DNA of 64,000 bases from Gammaproteobacteria bacterium. GTDB lineage: Bacteria; Pseudomonadota; Gammaproteobacteria; Magnimaribacterales; D2472. How positions within the stretch are numbered: the stretch's first letter is position 1; each line of letters starts with the position of its first letter. The stretch covers positions 689 through 64,688 of the forward strand of contig JBJLIB010000011.1 in NCBI GenBank assembly GCA_045564015.1, in the 5' to 3' direction. This document shows, one piece after another, positions 30,272-39,656 of the stretch. A program made the translations under genes and the position numbers. The notes below the pieces were generated by a model. That model did no database searches, had not been told where the DNA came from, and saw only the letters and a program-made list of their open reading frames with translations.

Positions 30272-31325
30272 CTGAGCACAATGCTAATTTAATAAAATGA
30301 TCTCCACGTTCCTCAAAATTTTTATAATCTTGACCGCTTGGATGACCCGGTGAAAAAAGTATATTAGTCTGGCAATGATATTCATCTTTAAAAATCTCAT
30401 TCATTACCGATGAAAGACCTTGATTGCGGAACAATATTTTTTCTGGATGAAATACTTTTTTTGATATCTCCTCTGCATGTTTACCAAAAATATATACCTT
30501 TGTTGGACCAATAATTTCATAGTTATCATATTGCTCTTTGCTTGGGTCCCCACAAAGAATCAATACGTAAGGACCAGACATCTTATTAAGCGCAAATTTC
30601 AATGCAGTTAAATTAGTTGCCTTTGAATCATTTATAAATACTAGTTGATTCCGTGTTAAAACATGCTGCCGTCTATGCGGTAATTCTTCCAATTTAACAT
30701 CCTGAACATCACTTAGCTTTTTTCCAGTGATCATTGACCAGAGTTTTTTTGGGTTTGATTCTTCTGTTGATATTCCTGATTCTTTGATTCTATTTTTTAC
30801 ATTTGTATACTCTGCAAAAGTTCCATGATGATCAATATGGTCAGGCGCAATGTTTAATAGCACTCCAAAGTCTAGCTTAATATCCTTGACCTTCTCAAGC
30901 TGAAAACTTGAAAGCTCAATAATAGAATATGAGCAAGAATTTATACCATCTAAAACAGGGGTACCAATATTTCCAATCAATTGAGAATCTTCTAAAAGCT
31001 GATGTAGCTTATAACAGCAAGTACTTTTTCCGTTTGTTCCTGTAACTCCAATTTTAAAAGAACTATCTTCTTGAAAAAAAATATCTAGATCTGTTAGATA
31101 AGGTATTTTTTTAAATTCTCCTTTTTTATATAGCTTCTTTAGATTAATTCCTGGACTCAAATAAATCATTTCATAAGAACCTAATGTAGCTTGATCAGGT
31201 AATTGATTATATATATTTGGCCCTTTTAGATTTTCATCGTAAATGTCAAAAGCTTTGCCTTTTTTTATCAAATATCTTTCAAAAGATTGGCCTGTGATCC
31301 CATAACCAAAAATAAGAGATTTCAT
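30264..31325 (-). CDS. murD: UDP-N-acetylmuramoylalanine--D-glutamate ligase, unusually short (353 aa)
   Basis: GVTGTNGKST, NIAPDHIDHHG, INDSKATN and SPGHPSGQDYKNFEERGDHF are present. The segment between the DH and NDSKATN motifs is much shorter than in E. coli MurD. Confidence 0.85.
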   Translation of the reverse strand: MKSLIFGYGITGQSFERYLIKKGKAFDIYDENLKGPNIYNQLPDQATLGSYEMIYLSPGINLKKLYKKGEFKKIPYLTDLDIFFQEDSSFKIGVTGTNGKSTCCYKLHQLLEDSQLIGNIGTPVLDGINSCSYSIIELSSFQLEKVKDIKLDFGVLLNIAPDHIDHHGTFAEYTNVKNRIKESGISTEESNPKKLWSMITGKKLSDVQDVKLEELPHRRQHVLTRNQLVFINDSKATNLTALKFALNKMSGPYVLILCGDPSKEQYDNYEIIGPTKVYIFGKHAEEISKKVFHPEKILFRNQGLSSVMNEIFKDEYHCQTNILFSPGHPSGQDYKNFEERGDHFIKLALCSDD

Positions 31326-31331
31326 TGAAAT

Positions 31332-32417
31332 TTATCTTAACTTCAGCGTTGCTAGAGCGAATAAAACCAGTACAAAAGTTATAATCCAAAATCTAACGAT
31401 AACTTTTGGCTCTGCCCAACCCTTCAATTCAAAATGATGATGAATTGGTGCCATTAAAAAAACTCTCTTACCCCTTAATTTATATGAGCCTACTTGAATA
31501 ATAACGCTCAAAGTTTCCATCACAAAAACTCCTGCCATAATTGCAAAAACTATCTCATGCCTGACTAACACTGCCAGAGTGCCAAGAATTCCACCGAGTG
31601 TTAAAGATCCCAGATCGCCCATAAATATCTGCGCAGGATATGTGTTATACCAAAGAAACCCTATACCAGCTCCAATTAATGCTCCACAAAAAACAATCAA
31701 CTCACCGCTAAGAGGGTTAAATGGAATAAATAAGTAATTAGAGATAATTAAATTTCCAGATGCGTAAGCAATCAGACCTAGGCCTCCAGCTATCAAGACA
31801 GATGGCAAAATTGCTAACCCATCGAGGCCATCGGTAAGATTAACAGCATTAGATGAGCCCATAATTACAAAAATACTTATAAGCAGGAAAATAAGTGGTG
31901 AAATTATAAAAATATACTCTTTGTTGAAAGGTAAAATAAAAATTTGTTCATTTCCACTAGGAGAAACCTGCAACATAAACAACATAGCAATTAAAGAAAA
32001 AATAAACTGCAACATGAGTTTATATTTTCCCTTCAAGCCTTTTGAATTTTTTTCTTTAATTTTCAACCAATCATCAAGAAAACCTATTGTGCTAAAAGAG
32101 ATAGTGATAAAAATTAGAATCCAAATGTATGGATTCTGAAAATTAGACCAAAGTAATGTTGAGATAATTAGTGAAGAGATAATAATCAAACCTCCCATAG
32201 TAGGTGTTCCAGATTTTGAAAGATGTGATTTGGGTCCATCTCCTCTGATTGATTGTGAGAACTGAATATGTGTTAAGAATCTAATCAAGGCTGGCCCAAG
32301 AAAAATGGAAAGCATGAGCGCAGTCAGAGTTCCTCCGATGGTTCTGACAGTTAAATAACGCAATACATCGAAACCGGAATCGTATGTCATTAACCATGTA
32401 CCTAATAATTCGATCAT
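31332..32417 (-). CDS. mraY: Phospho-N-acetylmuramoyl-pentapeptide transferase
   Basis: TPTMGGL and NAVNLTDGLDGLA. Confidence 0.96.
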   Translation of the reverse strand: MIELLGTWLMTYDSGFDVLRYLTVRTIGGTLTALMLSIFLGPALIRFLTHIQFSQSIRGDGPKSHLSKSGTPTMGGLIIISSLIISTLLWSNFQNPYIWILIFITISFSTIGFLDDWLKIKEKNSKGLKGKYKLMLQFIFSLIAMLFMLQVSPSGNEQIFILPFNKEYIFIISPLIFLLISIFVIMGSSNAVNLTDGLDGLAILPSVLIAGGLGLIAYASGNLIISNYLFIPFNPLSGELIVFCGALIGAGIGFLWYNTYPAQIFMGDLGSLTLGGILGTLAVLVRHEIVFAIMAGVFVMETLSVIIQVGSYKLRGKRVFLMAPIHHHFELKGWAEPKVIVRFWIITFVLVLFALATLKLR

Positions 32418-32418
32418 A

Positions 32419-33765
32419 TTATTTCCATAAATCTAAAACTTCTTCCATCCGCATGGATCTTGAACCTTTTAATAAAATATTCTCTTTTCCTGCTAGATTT
32501 TTTTTTAAGAAATCAATTAACTCTATTTTATTGTTAAAGAAAAACCCATTATCACCAAATGCAAATACTGTATGTCGTATCAAATCTCCATATCCAAGCA
32601 AAATATCTACTCCATGTATTTTGGCATAGTCCCCCAAATCAATGTGTAGTTTTTTTCTGTATCTACCAAGTTCTGCCATATCTCCAAGAATTGCAATCTT
32701 TCTACCTTTAAATTGACATAAAACGTCTATTGCTGCTCTCATGGAATCTGGATTAGCATTGTAAGTATCATCGATGACCTGTGACTGCATTACCCACGTT
32801 TTAAGGTCTAAGCGCTGGGAGGGGTTTTTAAGGCCTCTCAAACCGTCTACAAATTCTTCTATGCTTAACTTAGCAGCATGGATCGCTGCAAATGAAGCAA
32901 GAATGTTTAACACATTATGCATTCCTACAAGCTTTGTTTTTATTGGAACTCTTTTTTTCAAATGGATAGATTTGATAAAAAAAGATAGGCCTTGTTTTGT
33001 CATCCTAATTTGACTTGGGAAGTAAGATGCTGAGGATTTCTCACCAAAAGTATAAAAATTAATATCGTCCCTCATTTTTTTCCAATGATTCAGATATTTA
33101 CCATCCGGAACAATTGCTGCACCATCTTTTTTTATATTGCGGATGAGCTCTGATTTTACCTCTAATACTCCTCTAACTGAGTTCAACCCATCTAAATGTG
33201 AATGACCTATGTGAGTAATAATGCCGATATTTGGCTTAATTATTTTAGATAAAAGATCTATATCCCCTGATTTCGCTGCTCCCATTTCAAAAATTGCTGT
33301 ACTATTTTTTGAATCTAACTCCAAAGCACAAAGCGGCAAACCAATTTCATTATTATAATTCTGAAAAGTTGCATAACTGCTTTTTATGCAGTTCTTTAAA
33401 ATATTTTTTGTGGTTGTTTTACCATTACTGCCAGTAACCCCAATAATGTTTCCCTTGTATCTTCCCATAGCAATCTTAGCAGATTCAATAAGACACTTTT
33501 CAGGACTTTTAACTAGAATAATTTTTGATGGCCGCGCTGAAGAATCTACAATTTTACTCTCTTTTATAATTGCAAGTGATGCACCTTTGTTTAAAGCGTC
33601 CTCGGCATAAAGACTTCCATCCTCATTAGAACCGGTCAAACCAAAAAATACTGAATTCTTTGTTACTTTTCTAGAATCTATTTGAAAATTTCTGATTGGT
33701 AAGTTTGATTTACCATCAAGCTTGAGTGAAGTTAATAAATCTTGTGTATTTTTAATTAATTTCAT
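32419..33765 (-). CDS. murF: UDP-MurNAc-tripeptide--D-alanyl-D-alanine ligase
   Basis: GVTGSNGKTTTK and DDTYNANPDSM. Confidence 0.93.
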   Translation of the reverse strand: MKLIKNTQDLLTSLKLDGKSNLPIRNFQIDSRKVTKNSVFFGLTGSNEDGSLYAEDALNKGASLAIIKESKIVDSSARPSKIILVKSPEKCLIESAKIAMGRYKGNIIGVTGSNGKTTTKNILKNCIKSSYATFQNYNNEIGLPLCALELDSKNSTAIFEMGAAKSGDIDLLSKIIKPNIGIITHIGHSHLDGLNSVRGVLEVKSELIRNIKKDGAAIVPDGKYLNHWKKMRDDINFYTFGEKSSASYFPSQIRMTKQGLSFFIKSIHLKKRVPIKTKLVGMHNVLNILASFAAIHAAKLSIEEFVDGLRGLKNPSQRLDLKTWVMQSQVIDDTYNANPDSMRAAIDVLCQFKGRKIAILGDMAELGRYRKKLHIDLGDYAKIHGVDILLGYGDLIRHTVFAFGDNGFFFNNKIELIDFLKKNLAGKENILLKGSRSMRMEEVLDLWK

Positions 33766-35212
33766 TGTCTAAAATTTCTAAGACGCAATCTCTATCGTTA
33801 AATGGAACTTTATTTCCTGATATTTCCATTGAAGTCTCATGACCCTTACCTAATATTACCAATATATTTTCTTTAGTTAAGTGTCGAAGCGCTGAGGTTA
33901 TCGCCATCTGCCTATCCTCTAAAATTTCAACATTTACTTGATCGTTTTCATTCATTGCATCTGATGCAATTACTGAAAAAGATTCATAGCGATTATTATC
34001 TGATGTAAAAAATATCTTGCTAGAAAACTCTTGAGCCACTTTCATCATTTTTGGTCTTTTTGATTTATCACGATCTCCGCCACAACCAAAAACTAAAATA
34101 ATGTCATCATAATAATCGCCTAATTCAGATAAAATATTTTGCATAGCTTGTTGGTCGTGAGCATAGTCAATTAATATCTTTCCCTCTTTTAATCTTAATA
34201 TCTCTCCTCTTCCCTGAGGCATTTTAATAGCGGCTCTATTTATTTTGTTGAGATTATTTGAATCAACATGCTCCGAAATTAATGCAATAGCTGAAATATA
34301 ATTCTCGATATTAAATTTAAGAAATAATGAGACCGATGCTTCCAGGGCGAGGCTGGGGAAATCCAAATTAATCCTTGATCGTCCCTCAGGGTTATAGACA
34401 AAAGAATACTTAAACAGGGCAGAGGGATTTTTTGCACTTAAAAATTGTGTTTTGGAGAGCTGATCTTTCTGAACTTCAGATAGACGAGGTAGCAAATCTT
34501 GCATTTGATCTATTGAAATTATTGTAGGATTTTGATTATTGAGATTGGCAATAGATAATTTTGCATCAATATAGTTTGTTTCTGTTTTATGGTAATCAAG
34601 ATGATCAGATTGAATATTAAGTATGATGGTCTGTAAAAAGGGTAAATTACATAACCTTTTTTGTACTAAAGCATGAGAAGAGATTTCAAGAAAAACATAT
34701 GTTTTTTGTTCAAGTTTGCATGTTTGCAAAATTTCAAACAACTCAAATATTCCAGGAGTTGTATTGCCTTTGGTTTGCATAGGATCGTCATCAATAATTG
34801 CCCCTAGAGTGCCAATATATACTGAAGGTTTTTGAAGCTCCCTCATAATGTTATGCGCCATAAATGCGGTTGTTGTTTTTCCATTAGTACCGGTGACACC
34901 ATGAAAGATGAAATCATCCTCAGACAATTCATGAAATCTAAATAGGATCTCAACCACCATATCCTCTAAATTATTAATGCAATAAATTGGTATATCTATT
35001 TCTTCGTTGAGTTCTTGGTCGCTAATGATGCAGGATGCTCCTTTTTTTACTGCTTCTTTTATAAATTCTTTTCCATGTGATTCCGCTCCCTGTCGAGCTA
35101 CAAATAAAGAATTTTTATGCACGTCTCTTGAGTTATCAGTTATTGATGCGATAAAACATTGGTCAAACACATTTGTTTTAATCAGGGGTTTAATAAGAGG
35201 TAATTTATTCAT
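33752..35212 (-). CDS. murE: UDP-MurNAc-L-Ala-D-Glu--2,6-diaminopimelate ligase
   Basis: GVTGTNGKTTTA, IDYAHDQQA and GCGGDRDKSKRP. Confidence 0.93.
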   Translation of the reverse strand: MNKLPLIKPLIKTNVFDQCFIASITDNSRDVHKNSLFVARQGAESHGKEFIKEAVKKGASCIISDQELNEEIDIPIYCINNLEDMVVEILFRFHELSEDDFIFHGVTGTNGKTTTAFMAHNIMRELQKPSVYIGTLGAIIDDDPMQTKGNTTPGIFELFEILQTCKLEQKTYVFLEISSHALVQKRLCNLPFLQTIILNIQSDHLDYHKTETNYIDAKLSIANLNNQNPTIISIDQMQDLLPRLSEVQKDQLSKTQFLSAKNPSALFKYSFVYNPEGRSRINLDFPSLALEASVSLFLKFNIENYISAIALISEHVDSNNLNKINRAAIKMPQGRGEILRLKEGKILIDYAHDQQAMQNILSELGDYYDDIILVFGCGGDRDKSKRPKMMKVAQEFSSKIFFTSDNNRYESFSVIASDAMNENDQVNVEILEDRQMAITSALRHLTKENILVILGKGHETSMEISGNKVPFNDRDCVLEILDNEIN

Positions 35213-36809
35213 CTAAATAATTCAAGACATCATCAGAAATAGCTGCAAATAATGGTGCTGCAACGCTACCACCAGAATAATTATTTAATCCTGGCTCATC
35301 AATGGTTACAAAAATTGTAAGTCTCTTAGATTTTAATGGCGCTATTCCTGCAAAGGATGCTATATATTTGCTTTGATCATAACCACCCTTAGAGCTAGTT
35401 TTATGAGATGTGCCTGTTTTTCCTGCAACTTCGTAATTTGATAATCTTGCTAAGTTTCCTGTTCCATCTGAAACAACCAACTTTAAAGACTCTAATACAT
35501 CGTTGGCAGCATCTTTGCTAATTACTCGCTGCTTGTATCCTTCATCATTATCTTTAAAAATTTTAAAATCTTTTAGATAGCCTTCATTAGCAAAAACTGA
35601 ATATGCTTGTGCTAGCTGTAAAGAAGATGCGGTCATGCTGTACCCAAATCCAATACTTGCAATTTCATGATCGGAGATATTATTTCTTGAATTAATAACC
35701 CCATAAGCGACTCCAGGAAAAAATATATTTGGCGGTTTTGAAAGGCCAAACCCTTTGTATCCTGAAATAAGCCCATCTATTCCAACTTGCAAAGCTAACT
35801 TGGAAGCTCCAACCTGGCTCGATTTTGCAATAATCTCACTAACAGTTAGCATTTTGTAATTTTTTGGATCTGATACAGTTCTGCCACTTAAATTTATAAA
35901 TCCTGGACTGGTATCAACTATCTGATTGGTAGAGAGTATACCCATGTCAATGCCCTTGGCTAATGCTAGCGGTTTTATTATTGAGCCCGGCTCAAATGCA
36001 TCAACCAGAGCCCTATTCCTTTGAATCTGTCTCTGAGCGCTATTAGGGTTATATGAGGGATAGCTGGCTATAGCAAGAATTTCTCCAGATATATTGTCTA
36101 AAACTATAGCGCTGCCACCCTTTGCATTATTCGCCTTAACAAAACTTGAAAGGTGTTTATATGCATAAAATTGAACCCTGCTATCAATAGTCAACTTTTT
36201 ATCAAAACCCTGGATGACTTCTTGAGTTACTTTAGGTCTCCTGCTTGCATTTTTGTAAATAATTTCTTGCCCAGCCACACCGGACAATTCAGAATCTAAA
36301 ATATTTTCAAGTCCCTCTAAGCCAAATCCATCTTTGCCAGAAAATCCAACTAAAGTAGCTATTTGTTCCCCTAATGGATAATATCGTTTTTGAAATGATT
36401 CAATCTCGATACCAGATAGCTTCAGATTTGTAATGCTCTCATATTGAGCAAAATTTAAGTTAGAAAATATTAAAGTTTTTTTATTAATTTGTTTAATCGT
36501 ATGAAAATCTTTTTTTAAAATAAGAAAATCTTTTAATTTCTTAAAATCGTCTTCTGAAAAATTCTTTAAAGCATATAAATCATATTGATTGATTGATACA
36601 GCAAGAGGAAAATCATTTCTATCGAGTATACTCCCTCGGTTAGCAGGTATTGACCTAGAGGTCTCGAGCATGCTTTCACCTTTAGATTTTAAGAAGTCTC
36701 CTTCTATGTATTGAAGACTAACTATTCTAAAAACTAAGATTAGTAAACTCAGAAATAAAAAGATATATATTAGATATGCCCGCCAACTATAGCCAAAGTT
36801 ATTTTTCAT
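35205..36809 (-). CDS. ftsI: Division-specific transpeptidase FtsI (PBP3)
   Basis: N-terminal TM anchor, SxxK (GSIIKP) and KTGT (AGKTGTS). Position in the dcw cluster. Confidence 0.92.
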   Translation of the reverse strand: MKNNFGYSWRAYLIYIFLFLSLLILVFRIVSLQYIEGDFLKSKGESMLETSRSIPANRGSILDRNDFPLAVSINQYDLYALKNFSEDDFKKLKDFLILKKDFHTIKQINKKTLIFSNLNFAQYESITNLKLSGIEIESFQKRYYPLGEQIATLVGFSGKDGFGLEGLENILDSELSGVAGQEIIYKNASRRPKVTQEVIQGFDKKLTIDSRVQFYAYKHLSSFVKANNAKGGSAIVLDNISGEILAIASYPSYNPNSAQRQIQRNRALVDAFEPGSIIKPLALAKGIDMGILSTNQIVDTSPGFINLSGRTVSDPKNYKMLTVSEIIAKSSQVGASKLALQVGIDGLISGYKGFGLSKPPNIFFPGVAYGVINSRNNISDHEIASIGFGYSMTASSLQLAQAYSVFANEGYLKDFKIFKDNDEGYKQRVISKDAANDVLESLKLVVSDGTGNLARLSNYEVAGKTGTSHKTSSKGGYDQSKYIASFAGIAPLKSKRLTIFVTIDEPGLNNYSGGSVAAPLFAAISDDVLNYLDE

Positions 36810-37074
36810 AAGTTATATTAATTGCTTTCGTAATCTCCACCATATGTAAAATTTCCTTGGCATGGCGTTCAACTTTAGCTGGAGAACTAAGATGATGGTA
36901 TTCCGTTTTTAAATTGAAATTTATTTCAGTCAATTTATTGTTTGCGACTTGAAGATAAGCATTATTTTCATGTTCTTGACTAAATTGCCATCTAATTTTT
37001 ATAGTCTCCAGACACAGGCAAAATAAAATAAAAATATTGATAAATAAAATATAAACAAAAATATCTTTTTTCAT
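36799..37074 (-). CDS. ftsL: Cell division protein FtsL
   Basis: 91-aa bitopic protein between rsmH and ftsI. Called mainly from position and topology. Confidence 0.65.
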   Translation of the reverse strand: MKKDIFVYILFINIFILFCLCLETIKIRWQFSQEHENNAYLQVANNKLTEINFNLKTEYHHLSSPAKVERHAKEILHMVEITKAINITYEK

Positions 37075-37964
37075 AGCTTTGAAAATACCCTCATTACTGC
37101 GCTTCTTGAACGAGGATTCATTTTGATCTCATGAGTGGATGGTTTTATTTTCTTTTTGATACATCGATAAGTTTCTTTTACTGAAGTATTAATTGGGATA
37201 TCTTTTGGCAGTTGTTCAATTTCAGGTTTAAAAAAATTTTTTACAATTCTATCCTCCAGAGAATGAAATGAAATAATTACAACAACCCCGCCCTCTTCAA
37301 GAATATTATGGAGCTTCGAAAGCGCTATTCTTAAATGATGAAGCTCTTGATTTACATGGATTCTTATTGCTTGAAATGACTTTGTAGCAGGGTGAGTTTT
37401 ACCAGTTCTTTTGAGCACGGTTTCGATTACTCTTGTCAGCTCAATTGTTGTTTGAATAGGTTTCGTTACTCTAAACTCTACTATCGCTCTGGCAATTTTT
37501 CTGGATGCTCTCTCATCGCTGTATTGATATAAGATATCGCTGATCTCTTTTTCAGTCGCGCTATTTAGCCACTCAGCTGCGCTAAAACCGGCAGATGTAT
37601 CCATTCGCATATCCAAAGGGCCATTGCTTTGGAAGCTAAAACCTCTTTTTGGATTATCTAAATGAGTTGAGCAAGTTCCGAGATCCAATAATATCCCATC
37701 AAATTTCTGTCGAGGAAACAATGAATCAATTTCAGAATAATTTGAGTGATAAATGCTAAAACGTGAGTCTGTTATATTTTCTTTTCCAAATGAAACTGCT
37801 TCTGGATCTCTATCAACAGCATGAAGTCTTCCTTGGGGAGATATTCTGTTTAAAAGTTCCTGAGAGTGGCTTCCTCTTCCGAAGGTGAGATCTAAGTATG
37901 TTCCAGATAAATCATGGAGCAAGAAACCTAATGATTCTTCCAGCAGAACTGGAACATGAAGCAT
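37071..37964 (-). CDS. rsmH: 16S rRNA (cytosine1402-N4)-methyltransferase RsmH
   Basis: HVPVLLEE, DLTFGRGSHS and ISFHSLEDRIVK. Confidence 0.95.
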   Translation of the reverse strand: MLHVPVLLEESLGFLLHDLSGTYLDLTFGRGSHSQELLNRISPQGRLHAVDRDPEAVSFGKENITDSRFSIYHSNYSEIDSLFPRQKFDGILLDLGTCSTHLDNPKRGFSFQSNGPLDMRMDTSAGFSAAEWLNSATEKEISDILYQYSDERASRKIARAIVEFRVTKPIQTTIELTRVIETVLKRTGKTHPATKSFQAIRIHVNQELHHLRIALSKLHNILEEGGVVVIISFHSLEDRIVKNFFKPEIEQLPKDIPINTSVKETYRCIKKKIKPSTHEIKMNPRSRSAVMRVFSKL

Positions 37965-37968
37965 AGAT

Positions 37969-39096
37969 TTAGTCTACTTGCTTTCTCATGAAGGTTGGCA
38001 CATCAAGGAAATCTATATCCTCTGCAGACGATGTGCCACCTGACTTGACTGATTGATCTATTGGGGGAGTATCTAATCCAACTGGATTAAGTTGCACTGT
38101 AGCTCTTCTTGAATTATCAACTGCTAAAGTTGCTGTTTTTTGATTGACACCTGTTGCCACAACTGTGACTAAAAGTTCTTCTTCATCCATTGAATCTTCC
38201 ATTACGGTTCCATAAATAATCGTTGCATCATCAGCAGTAAAGTCTCTGATTACTGAATCAACCTCATCAAAATCAGCCATTGTGGGCGATTTTGCGGTGA
38301 TATTTACCAAAATCCCTCTAGCATCTTTTAGTTCGATATCTTCTAGTAACTCTGAACTTACAGCTTGATTGGCTGCATCAATTCCTCTCTCATCAGCACT
38401 TGATTGGCCTGTGCCCATCATAGCAATACCTTTTTCTGACATAACTGTTTTTACATCAGCAAAGTCAACATTTATATATCCCGGCTTCATGATAATGTCA
38501 GAAATACCTTGAACAGCTCCTTTTAAAATATCATCTGCCTTAGCGAAGGCTTCTTCCATAGATGTCTTTCTGCCTAATATATCCATTAATTTTTGATTGG
38601 GTATGGTGATCAAGCTATCAACTTCCTCAACTAGCTCTGCTATTCCTTGCTCCGCTGCAGCTTTCCTTTTATGCCCTTCAAAATTAAATGGTTTAGTTAC
38701 TACTGCTACTGTTAATGCTCCGAGTTCCTTGGCAATTTCAGCAATTACTGGGGCAGCACCAGTTCCTGTGCCACCTCCCATTCCTGCAGTGATAAAGATC
38801 ATATCCGCTCCGGATAATAGCTCTTCGATTGCAGCTCTATCTCTTTCTGCTGCTGCCTTTCCTACCTGGGGATCTGCTCCAGCTCCCAAGCCTCTAGTGA
38901 CATTATCACCAAGCTTTAAAATAGTTGAGCCCTTTGCCCTATCTAATGCTTGAGAATCAGTATTTGCGCAAATAAATTCGGCTCCCTGAATTTCATGATT
39001 AATCATATGAATAACTGCATTTCCACCTGCACCACCCACACCAATAACTTTGATCTTGGCTAGTCCTGCGTTTTCTTCAATTATTTCCCAATTCAT
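37969..39096 (-). CDS. ftsZ: Cell division GTPase FtsZ (in a non-canonical position)
   Basis: IKVIGVGGAGGNAV, GGGTGTGAAPV and NFEG. C-terminal conserved peptide DIDFLDVPTFMRKQ. An AGGGG SD lies 8 nt upstream. Confidence 0.98.
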   Translation of the reverse strand: MNWEIIEENAGLAKIKVIGVGGAGGNAVIHMINHEIQGAEFICANTDSQALDRAKGSTILKLGDNVTRGLGAGADPQVGKAAAERDRAAIEELLSGADMIFITAGMGGGTGTGAAPVIAEIAKELGALTVAVVTKPFNFEGHKRKAAAEQGIAELVEEVDSLITIPNQKLMDILGRKTSMEEAFAKADDILKGAVQGISDIIMKPGYINVDFADVKTVMSEKGIAMMGTGQSSADERGIDAANQAVSSELLEDIELKDARGILVNITAKSPTMADFDEVDSVIRDFTADDATIIYGTVMEDSMDEEELLVTVVATGVNQKTATLAVDNSRRATVQLNPVGLDTPPIDQSVKSGGTSSAEDIDFLDVPTFMRKQVD

Positions 39097-39108
39097 TTTC
39101 TTACCCCT

Positions 39109-39576
39109 TTAAAAAGATATTGTTTTTAACCGTTCTGGCAATACAACTTCTAAAATTTCAGTAGATAGAGCACCGCCTGTTTGCCTCATTTCCCAGTTTT
39201 TGTCATTCCAGACTTCAAATTTATTTCCCATCCCTATTAAAGATACTTTTTCTGCTGTTTTGATTTCTGCATATTCACGAAGCTCGGAAGGTAAGAGGAT
39301 TAACATTCTCCCTTTAGGATCAAATGAGCTCACGCTAGCATTTCCTAGAATTGTCCATTGTAAGTTTCTTACAATAGGATCAAGGCCTTGCAATGACTGA
39401 AGCTCGTTAGATATGGTATTCCAAATTGAACCTGGATAAATTTTTAATGATGGATATTGGGGATCTCTTGTAACAACAATACTTTCTTCATTTTGAGAAA
39501 GAAGTTGATCTCGGTATTTTGCCGGGATAGCTAGCCTTCCCTTTGCATCAATCGAAATTGTTGTAAAACCAAACAT
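39109..39576 (-). CDS. mraZ: Transcriptional regulator MraZ
   Basis: Duplicated SpoVT/AbrB-like halves with IDAKGRLAIPAKYRD and DPKGRMLILLPSELRE. Confidence 0.93.
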   Translation of the reverse strand: MFGFTTISIDAKGRLAIPAKYRDQLLSQNEESIVVTRDPQYPSLKIYPGSIWNTISNELQSLQGLDPIVRNLQWTILGNASVSSFDPKGRMLILLPSELREYAEIKTAEKVSLIGMGNKFEVWNDKNWEMRQTGGALSTEILEVVLPERLKTISF

Positions 39577-39601
39577 AATGTATGTAAAAAATTAATATCT
39601 A

Positions 39602-39640
39602 CACACTTTATACTACATTTATCACACTTTTACACACTTT
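39602..39640 (-). promoter_or_regulatory. Putative MraZ operator: phased AAAGTGTG direct repeats
   Basis: On the mraZ strand there are three exact AAAGTGTG boxes (plus-strand CACACTTT at 39602, 39623, 39633) and one degenerate AAATGTAG box (39613). Spacing is 11/10/10 bp, ending 25 nt upstream of the mraZ ATG. Confidence 0.5.
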
Positions 39641-39656
39641 TTTTTAAAAAAATTAG

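Noticed and set aside
38597-38953. Long antisense ORFs of 100-141 aa opposite ftsZ (38597-38953), the crotonase (48469-48894), murA (50484-50885), rplI/rpsR (23033-23437), pyrG (17740-18132), rpoN (55361-55708), kdsD (53190-53492) and others.
   Set aside because: Each lies entirely inside a strongly supported conserved gene on the other strand. Their translations are low-complexity (Ala/Pro/Ser-rich mirrors of Gly/Ala-rich motifs), and they lack SD sequences. They are typical shadow ORFs produced by codon bias.
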